Part shown: piece by piece, positions 9,231 through 16,643 of the stretch | How positions within the stretch are numbered: the stretch's first letter is position 1 | How the letters are laid out: each line of letters opens with the position of its first letter | Assembly: GCF_006345805.1 (NCBI RefSeq) | Contig: NW_021824989.1 | Span: 1-16,643 of the forward strand | Length of the DNA: 16,643 bases | Source: Octopus sinensis | Lineage: Eukaryota | Direction: 5' to 3' | The notes under the pieces: model-generated | What the model was told of the DNA's origin: nothing | What the model saw: the letters and a program-made list of their open reading frames with translations, nothing else | Database searches by the model: none | Made by a program: the position numbers and the translations under genes

Positions 9231-10088
9231 CAAGGTGCGATGAGTAAATTGTCGCCATTTTGTAATCTTAATTTCACGCATGCACATTGTTTGCTTTTGA
9301 ATTTATCGATTACACAGTATGGTAGGGTCTGTTGGGCACCGTCTGTAAGAAAAACAGCAGCATGACACAATTTACTTTGCCAAAAATTTGGAAACGATAT
9401 GCTTCACTGCTTGGCATTCGCGCCGAAAATTCCAATACGAACATTTCAGAGTGTTTAGGTGTCGATCTAAGGACATGTAGCGAGAGTGATAAAAATTAAA
9501 CATCTAGTCATCACCAAGATGTTTGGAATGATCACGCCTCCATTTATCTTCCCACACGGCCTCACACTCCCCACAGAGGCCTACATTAAGTGCCTGAAGG
9601 AGGTCGTGCTTCCCTGGGTGAAGAGGGTGGCTGCTGGAAGGCCCTAAGTCTGGCAACAACACTCTGCACCATGCCACAGAAGCAGGAGAACCCAGTCATG
9701 ACTGTCAGACAATTTCTGCAACCACATGACCCCTAACATCTGGCCACCTAACCCCCCAGCCTGCAACTCCCTTCATTATTATGTGTGGGGCGCAGTTGGC
9801 CGAGAGACCAACAAAACTCCTCGTAACACCAAAGATGAACTGAAGGCAAGGATTATGGCAGCATTTACCAACTTAAACAAGGAAATCATCCAGAAGAGCT
9901 GCAGGAAATTCTGAAGTCGTCTGGAGGCCATGTTTGAAGCCAATGGCAATTTTATTGAATAAATTTACTGTTTAGTATTTCAATATATTTTGTATGTGAT
10001 TATGGTAAATATATCTGTTAAAATGCGATATCAGTGATATTTTCCTTTTTGCGTAATTTAGACGACAATTTATTTGCCGCACCATCTG
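9231..10088 (+). mobile_element. Internally deleted Tc1/mariner DNA transposon, DD37D (maT)-type
   Basis: TA at 9229-9230. Left TIR GGTGCGATGAGTAAATTGTCGCCA versus right TIR (reverse complement) GGTGCGGCAAATAAATTGTCGTCT, 18/24 identical. Transposase remnants inside. Confidence 0.88.
9362..9962 (+). pseudogene. maT/DD37D-type transposase pseudogene
   Basis: MTQFTLPKIWKRYASLLGIRAENSNTNISECLGVDLRT (HTH start) is joined directly to ..PPFIFPHGL..EVVLPWVKRVAAGRP*VWQQHSAPCH..WPPNPPACNSLHYYVWG..RLEAMFEANGNFIE*. 37 residues separate the QQ[D>H] and L[D>H]YY positions; three internal stops. Confidence 0.85.
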
Positions 10089-10245
10089 TGTGTGTATGTG
10101 TGTGTGTGTGTGTATGTGACAGGATTCTTTCAATTTCCGTTTACCAAATCCACTCACAAGGCTTTGATCGGTCCAGAAGCAACTTGCCCGAGGTGTCACG
10201 CAGTGGGACTGAACCCGGAACCATGTGACTAGGAAAAAAAACTCC
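10089..10245 (-). mobile_element. SINE family C, 5' half (tRNA head plus CORE-like segment)
   Basis: ACTTGCCCGAGGT (10182-10194) is the reverse complement of the ACCTTGGGCAAGT core word; matches 12655-12813 in inverse orientation; bordered by (TG)n. Confidence 0.82.
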
Positions 10246-10344
10246 TTTCAACACGTCTACGCCAACACTTATATATTTATTTCAATGTACATATTTGATA
10301 AATTTTCATGTATAATTTCGTTCGCATTTATTAATATATTATTA

Positions 10345-10731
10345 TTGTTGCTGCTGTTGCTGTTGAGCAAACGGTCTTGGTCCCAGAGCTCGCAAGATGG
10401 GAGAAGTCCGAAACGTGGTCTTTTGCTATTCGTAAGACCCGCAGAAGAGAAAGCAGGTCAACCCCCGACACCGAGAGCATCGACGGATGGATGAATGCGA
10501 ATCCAGGCTCAGCGGTTGCGTAGGAAGTCGGGTACAAGAAACATGAAGAAAGCGTGAGAGAAAGTTGGAGTGAAAGAGTACAATAGGGGTCGCCATCACC
10601 CCCCTGCCGGAGCCTCGTGGAGCTTTAGGTGTTTTCGCTCAATAAACACACACAACGCCCGGTCTGGGAATCGAAACCGCAATCCTCCGACCCCGAGTCA
10701 GCTGCCCTAACCATTGGGCCATTGCGCCTCC
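10345..10731 (-). mobile_element. SINE family B, full length, tail type 3, possible 13-bp TSD
   Basis: Minus head GGAGGCGCAATGGCCCAATGGTTAGGGCAG..GGTTTCGATTCCCAGACC, shared body, distinct tail ending in (AAC/AGC)n. TGTTGCTGCTGTT at both 10346-10358 and 10734-10746. Confidence 0.88.
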
Positions 10732-11079
10732 TCTGTTGCTGCTGTTATTGTTTCTGTTGTTCTTCCTCTATAGCACGTTGAGATGCTAGAGAGAGAGAGA
10801 TTTGGGATTAGCAGAATCATAAAGGAGTCAGACAAAATGCCTTGTACTGTTCCGTTGTGTTCGTTTATGCCCTTGCAGCATATCTTACTGTTATCTACTT
10901 TCACTTTCATTTTTCCGCGGTCCATGGTAGTTACAATATAGAGTCAATCGATTACAATTCATATAAAATTCTGAGGCTTTATACTGATGTAAAGGGAATC
11001 TTTACATTCATGTGTGCGTGTGTGTAGATGTTTATACATGTGGCGGAAGGCGGTGTATGTTTGTATATATATTTGTGTG

Positions 11080-11108
11080 TGGCTGTGTGTGTGTGCATGT
11101 GTGTGTAG

Positions 11109-11156
<48 letters not shown>

Positions 11157-11735
11157 GATATTTAGTTGTTGGTGGTTGTGGTTTCGGTAGTGCTGGTGAT
11201 GTTTGCAGTTGTTGTGGTTGTTTTTGTTGTTGCAGCGGTGAGGAGGGGCAGGATTCGTCGTCATCGCCATCATGGTGGCGGTGGTAGTGATGAATATTAG
11301 GCTGGTACTCCTCTCAGTGGTAGTAGTGAAGTGATGATCACCACACTGGCGGTGGGTTTTTTCGGGAGGGGTAAGGAGCGGAGAGCATTGGAGGTGATGG
11401 TGGTGGTGGCGGTGGCGGTGGTTGTGGAGGTGACTATGGTTGTAGTAGCTGCGGTGATAGTGTCGGTGGTGTTTTTCTGTTGCTGATTATAGGAACAGCA
11501 GCAGTAGTGGTTGTAGCGGTGTATATGGAGGTGATGACTGTCGGATTTTCGTTGTTGTTGTTGTTGTTGCTGTTGTTATTGAAACTCTTGTTGCTGATAT
11601 TGTGTTCTTGCTGTTTTCTCGTTTTTCATATTGTTGTTGTTGTTGCTACTGCTGGCATAGTCCCTGTCTTATCATTGTTGTTGTAAATGATGATGGTGTT
11701 GGCCTGTTGTTGCCGTTGTTGTTGTTGTTGTCATG
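11080..11735. repeat. (TG)n run followed by a long degenerate (GGT/GTT/GCT)n trinucleotide tract
   Basis: Read directly; TG run to ~11155. Confidence 0.88.
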
Positions 11736-12064
11736 ATTCCAGGAATATTTCAAGATAAACCATCTGATTAATTAAAACATTGCCTCTGACCATTCTTAAC
11801 TCAAACTCATCTCCATTCTTTATTCACTTTTTATCCTGCGTCTTTCTTTCGCTTTTTTTTTTCTTCTCAAAAGCGCTTTGGTGTGTATGTATAACTGGTT
11901 ATGAACTATATATGTATATATCTGTATGTGTGAGGCAATATGCATGCATGTATATCCGCGCGTATGCTTGTGCGCGCATGTATATATGCGCGAACGCTGT
12001 TAGATAGAGCTTCATCTGCATATATGTGTGTGTGCGTGTGTGTAATGCACTGCACGTGACGACT

Positions 12065-12069
12065 TATCA

Positions 12070-12102
<33 letters not shown>

Positions 12103-12155
12103 ATATACATGTATATATTATATATGTTTATGTATTATATATATTATATAATATA

Positions 12156-12209
<54 letters not shown>

Positions 12210-12210
12210 C
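12065..12210. repeat. (TATG)n/(TA)n microsatellite
   Basis: Read directly. Confidence 0.93.
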
Positions 12211-12654
12211 ATAAAGATATATCATTCAATACGGTGTAGTGGGTAGTTGAATAATATTCTAAGGGCCACAATTTACTCATACGCAGCATCTTCAGAGCTT
12301 TGTCGTTAATTCAGTTCTTAACCAAATTGAAAACTGTTGACGCTTTTGAAGAGGACTTGTCTCTAGCTACATTTTGGTATAAAACAATTGAAATTTGGTC
12401 CAATATAAAAAAGTTTACGTTAAAATTTGTAGCAACGTTGTAAGTAAGTAACGCCTCCAATCAAGTTTAAATCTAAATAACTTTTTTTTTTTATAATAAA
12501 ATATATTTATCTTAGCTTCAATGATAGAAGAAAGCATAAGGAATTTCATAGTTTTGGTCCCATGCAACAAAAATTTGAATAAAAAAAGTTGTGAGGTTAA
12601 ATATGAAAAAAATATAAGGCAAAAACATTAGATTTAAGTATAATTAACTTTTTT

Positions 12655-12813
12655 AAGGAGTGGGCATGTGGTAAGAACCTTACTTCCCAACCACATGGTT
12701 CTGGGTTCAGTTCCATGGCGTGGCACCTTGGGCAAGTGTCTACTACTATAGTCTCAGATCGACCAAAGCCTTGTGAGTGGATTTGGTAGATGGAAACTGA
12801 AAGAAGCCCGTCG
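12655..12813 (+). mobile_element. SINE family C, 5' half
   Basis: Degenerate tRNA-like head (TGTGGTAAG..GGGTTCAGTTCC), MIR/CORE-like ACCTTGGGCAAGT at 12725-12737, ends GAAAGAAGCCCGTCG then (TA)n. Confidence 0.85.
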
Positions 12814-12844
<31 letters not shown>

Positions 12845-12884
12845 ATATATATATTATATGTATATATATATATATATATATAAA

Positions 12885-13127
12885 TTATTTTATTTGTTTC
12901 AGTGATTTGGCTGCGGCCATGCTGCAGGACCGCCTTAAAGGGTTTTTTAGTCGTATAGACCCCAGGACTTATTCTTAGTAAGTTTAGTACTTGTTGTATC
13001 GGTCACTTTGGCTGAACTGCGAAGTTACGGTGACGTAAACATGCCAACGCCGCTTGTCAAGCGGTGATGGTGAGAGAAACACAGGCACAAAGGCATATAC
13101 ACGTAGATATATACATACATATATATA
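12885..13127 (-). mobile_element. SINE family C, 3' half
   Basis: Clearly similar to 13128-13320; cut at its internal microsatellite by the next copy's tail. Confidence 0.82.
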
Positions 13128-13335
13128 TTCTTTTATTCTTTTATTTGTTTCAGTCATTTGACTGTGGTCATGCTGGAGCACCGCCTTTAGTCGAATAAAT
13201 TGACGCCAAGACTTATTCTATCGGCCTGTTTTGCCGAACTGCTAAATTACGGGGACGTAAACACAACAACGTCGATTGTCAAGCGATGCTGGGAGAACAA
13301 ATACAGACACAGAGACATATACACATACATACATG

Positions 13336-13381
<46 letters not shown>

Positions 13382-13467
13382 ATTGGCTTCTTTCGGTTTC
13401 CGCCCTACCAAATTCACTCACAAGGCTTTTTCTGAGCTCGGGGCTATATAGAAGACACTTCAAGGTA
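13128..13467 (-). mobile_element. SINE family C, 5'-truncated, with internal (TA)n spacer
   Basis: Contains both the CORE-side segment (13380-13467) and the 3' half separated by (TA)n, linking the two halves into one family; tail (TTTTATTC)n on the plus strand. Confidence 0.85.
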
Positions 13468-13483
13468 TACACACACACGAACA

Positions 13484-13538
<55 letters not shown>

Positions 13539-13560
13539 TACATATATACATATACATATA
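13468..13560. repeat. (CA)n microsatellite
   Basis: Read directly. Confidence 0.93.
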
Positions 13561-13959
13561 TAATTGAACTTTATTGTTATAATATAGAGTGATATTAAAC
13601 TATGTAATATGATATTCATATAATATATCTAACATTTAGGAGACATATTACTTGTTGATATAACAGACTAGCGTTACAGAAAATATTTCGTAAATATCTC
13701 TATACACGCTAATTGAGATGACTATTATTGATTACACTACTTTAGATACATAATATATTCGATTTCATCACCTTAAATTAACAATTAAATTTAAGAATAA
13801 TTAATTACTTAAAATATGTAGCTGTCATACAATTTTGAATACCATCCTCTCCTAAGTAGTTATGGTAAAATAATCTATTAATACTTATTTGATTATATTA
13901 CCATTTTATTGTGATGGGCAAAAAAGAAACAGTATTATCATAGAATTTATTAAGTGTAC

Positions 13960-14410
13960 TGGGCATTTCAAACCGTAACTGGTGAAGTTGGATGCTCAGT
14001 AACGGGTACTCACCGTGCTGTAAACGGCATAATTAAACTGGTGGCTGTTCTGACCATCCATCTTCAGATCAACCGCTACAATCTACAGAAAAAAAAAGAG
14101 GAATCGATTTCATCATTGGTTGTCGGTGAAGAATGAAGAAATAAACATCAATGACTTTTTGAGGCTCACGTAGTGGACTTTGTTGTCACAAAACAAGAAT
14201 TGACTACAACTTCATGAACTGACTAATATTTCTTCGAAAAACCTAGGTGCTTACATTTCGTTCAGGAACATAATACCATCAGACAGGTATTAATCTACAG
14301 TCGGATAAGATGAAATTTAATTTGTTTGGTTCTGACGGTTAAGTATACCTCCAAAGTGCTACAAGGGAAGAGTTCCTCCAAATTCAAGAATTAAACATGG
14401 TGGTGGGATG
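13960..14410 (+). mobile_element. Decayed Tc1-type transposase fragment
   Basis: SDKMKFNLFGSDG (14301-14339; cf. Tc1 SDESKFNLFGSDG) and KHGGG (14393-14407). Weaker upstream remnants EVGCSV (HTH-like) and LLSQNKN. Confidence 0.7.
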
Positions 14411-14705
14411 GTTCCAGATTTTCCAACCTAAACCATACTCCAGGAACTATCAAAATACAATCGAAATAACCAGTCTTCTGTAGAGACCAACACAACCCAC
14501 ATACTTAAATCTTATAAAATGATTCGTCAAAGGAAATCCAGTAAATTGTATGATTATGCTGCCAAAAAAATGTGAAAAAGTTCCAGAGAATTTGATAGTC
14601 GATATTACAGATTCCAAGACTGATCGATATTATACACTTTTCAGCAATTTCATAAAAATCAACTAGGTGACATCCAATTTTATCGATCTTCATCTTGAAC
14701 GCATA

Positions 14706-14922
14706 TACGAAGGGGTACTGAAATGTTCCTGGCTTTAAGGGTGTCGTCAAAGGCCTAGGTGGAGACCCAATCTACCGAGTTCTTTTACTGAACTTAGAAA
14801 AACTGAAGGACCGCTACTATAATTGCGTGAATCTGAGAGGGGAATATATTGAATAAAATCATAATTAACCGATTCTCCTGTATTTCCTTTTACCCAAAGT
14901 CAAGAATTTTGCAGCACTTGTA
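14706..14922 (+). mobile_element. Mariner-derived MITE (~217 bp)
   Basis: Left TIR TA|CGAAGGGGTACTGAAATGTTCCTGGCTTT; right TIR AAAGTCAAGAATTTTGCAGCACTTG|TA (16/22 match over the inner part). Retains the mariner C-terminus LEKLKDRYYNCVNLRGEYIE* (14794-14856). Confidence 0.8.
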
Positions 14923-15049
14923 CCAACCTGTTGCAATGTAAGATTCACCTGTTCTTAAACTAGTAAAACTGATTTGCAAAACTGTTTTTTCCTCTGTGGT
15001 CACTGCATACATACGTACATACATACATATGTACATAAATATAAAATAC

Positions 15050-15520
15050 ATCAAGTACAGGACATCACGGACGAGTGAAAATACGTAAACACATAATGAG
15101 AGACAAGTACGGGACAAAATACCAAAAGCAGTCCAATCCCTCCTCAGTTATCGGCTGTTAATTTCTCCCTATTCCACACTTTCAACGATAAGACAGGAAA
15201 ACTTCGTATGACAGCAGCATCGAGAAATTTTTAAAATCTAAAATTTGTGAGAATTAGAGCTTCGAACGAACGAATAACGACAGAATGGACGTACAGAGTA
15301 AACAATCGACGAAGACAAGCATTAAGGACCATTAGGACAAAACGCACTGAAATGGGTAACGCCTGAGAGAAATTTTGAAAGGATATAGAATTAATAGAAG
15401 AGAAGAAAATAGTAGAAGAGAAAAAAGGGAGAGAAAATAATGTCGAGAGACGAGAAAATGATGACCAGTTAAGTGCACGTCGCGTCCAGAAAAGACAGAG
15501 GTGACAAAAAATAGCCTGCA
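15050..15520 (-). mobile_element. Possible Penelope-like terminal remnant
   Basis: Minus strand has CGATAACTGAGGAGG (15153-15139) downstream of a T/C-rich stretch; motif sharing with 4080-4400 and 4735-4845. Confidence 0.4.
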
Positions 15521-15594
15521 AATACATGCATACATACATACTATTCATATGTATATTTATGTGTTTAAATATATATATATATATATCCAAACTT

Positions 15595-15913
15595 AACATG
15601 GATGTCTTGTTAAAACACTGAATACTGCGTTATTAGTTTTGAAAGAACTTCTTATATAGGCGCTTATTACATAAAGGCATATATTTTAGCAGTCGTGAGT
15701 CGTTTTTGATGGTCACCGGAACTCCTGTATCGCGTTATTTCATTCTACTGCAGATCGTCAGTGGGAGGTAACCGATCACCACATGACATTTAAATCTCGC
15801 TTCTGTAATATACAGTATATCAACATCTTTTTAGACAGTGATGTCACAAACATGGATGCCTTGTTAGATCACCGAATACAGCGTTATTAGCTTTGAGAGA
15901 CTCTCTCACATAG
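15595..15913 (+). repeat. Diverged 65-bp direct repeat pair (15595-15659 and 15849-15913)
   Basis: AACATGGATGTCTTGTTA.. versus AACATGGATGCCTTGTTA..; 53/65 identical without gaps, with weaker similarity for ~40 bp more. Confidence 0.85.
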
Positions 15914-15966
15914 ATGCCTGATGCATAGAAGCACACATGTAGGTGGTAGTGGACGAAATTCGTCTG

Positions 15967-16456
15967 TCGATAGCACTGCCAGGCCAGGGATCTCTGGAAG
16001 TTGTCCATGGGCCCTGGCCCGAAAGTCGTCCCGAACAGGCGGGTCAGGTATTCCTCGTCGACGTCCAGGTTCACCCCGAGCTCGTCGTCGTACCTCCCCT
16101 CCACTAATCCCCTATAGAATGCTTTGGTTGTGATGGAGTCACTCAAGGTCGACCCAGGACGGCAGAGTTGCTTGAGAGCAACGCGACACTCGCGGTGCCA
16201 TTCGCCCTTCCTCGGCCTCTTTTTGATCCACGACTGCAGTTCGGTCATAGAGACGAGCTGCGGGAAAGCGTGCCCCACAAACGGCAACCACACCTGTTCA
16301 CCGTCGTCTACGAAGAGCCTGAGATGTCGCAGTCTCAGCGCGTGTCGCGCATCATCAACCACGGCATGCCCCGTCCTCCTTTTAACGGGTGTTGACAGCA
16401 ATGGATCGCCTGACATCGGGACGCATCCTTTCCACAAGAAGCGAAAGAGAATGCGT
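15967..16456 (-). pseudogene. L1/Tx1-clade LINE ORF2 fragment (post-RT region leading into zf-RVT)
   Basis: With three 1-nt corrections it reads RILFRFLWKGCVPM(V)RRSI(C)CQHPLKGGRGMPWLMMR(R)HALRLRHLRLFVDDGEQVW..TTKAFYRGLVEG..DNFQRSLAWQCYR. FxFLW..V.R..C...GG.G and xLAW motifs are typical of L1/Tx1 ORF2. Homology stops after WQCYR; the ORF-track C-terminus is read-through into the direct repeat. Confidence 0.8.
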
Positions 16457-16481
16457 TAGATAGATAGATGATAGATAGATC

Positions 16482-16530
<49 letters not shown>
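16457..16530. repeat. (GATA)n tetranucleotide microsatellite, slightly interrupted
   Basis: Read directly. Confidence 0.97.
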
Positions 16531-16534
16531 TAGA

Positions 16535-16643
16535 TATGGTTCTTTATTAGCTACACGGCTGCACACAGACGGGACAGATTACAATAGAGCTTTTCTTTTT
16601 GGGGGAAAAGAAAGTGGTACGATTTCGATCAAAAGTGATCGTA
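16535..16643 (-). mobile_element. Probable 3' end of a LINE (or LINE-tailed SINE), running off the window
   Basis: Minus strand reads ..TGTCCCGTCTGTGTGCAGCCGTGTAGCT AATAAA GAACC, then (CTAT)n; AATAAA at 16548-16543. Confidence 0.55.

Noticed and set aside
10803-10860. Degenerate family A SINE head (TTAGCAGAATC..GACAAAATGCCTTG)
   Set aside because: Plausible but too short and diverged; no B box or body follows.
12230-12650. MITE-like AT-rich sequence (also 7920-8200 and 14505-14700)
   Set aside because: No TIR pair or TSD identifiable by eye.
15844-16437. 197-aa ORF as an intact gene
   Set aside because: Chimeric: the N-terminal part is out of frame relative to the LINE protein, the middle is LINE ORF2, and the last ~40 aa are read-through into an unrelated repeat.
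15921-16459. Plus-strand ORFs of 70, 111 and 75 aa
   Set aside because: Antisense shadows of the GC-rich LINE coding strand.

Overview
AT-rich, microsatellite-dense, repeat-saturated eukaryotic DNA. It is most likely from an octopus/coleoid cephalopod; this is inferred from the SINE families and composition, not verified by search. I find no supportable host protein-coding gene, rRNA, genuine tRNA or CRISPR array. Nearly all ORF-track entries are translations of microsatellites or antisense shadows. The window contains: (i) about 12 tRNA-headed SINE copies or pieces in three families, two of which show interchangeable 3' tails; (ii) at least five decayed Tc1/mariner elements, including an internally deleted DD37D (maT)-type copy that appears to split a SINE; (iii) a decayed R4/Dong-type non-LTR retrotransposon fragment, missed by the ORF track, embedded between (TAA)n-type arrays; (iv) an L1/Tx1-type ORF2 fragment abutting a (GATA)n array, with a LINE-like 3' end on the other side that resembles one SINE tail; (v) three weakly related, possibly Penelope-like terminal remnants with hammerhead-like CTGANGA words; and (vi) a perfect 52-bp palindrome. 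The best candidate for something undescribed is a (GATA)n-associated Tx1-like LINE with a partner SINE; this is a hypothesis needing genome-wide tests. All alignments and translations were done by eye.
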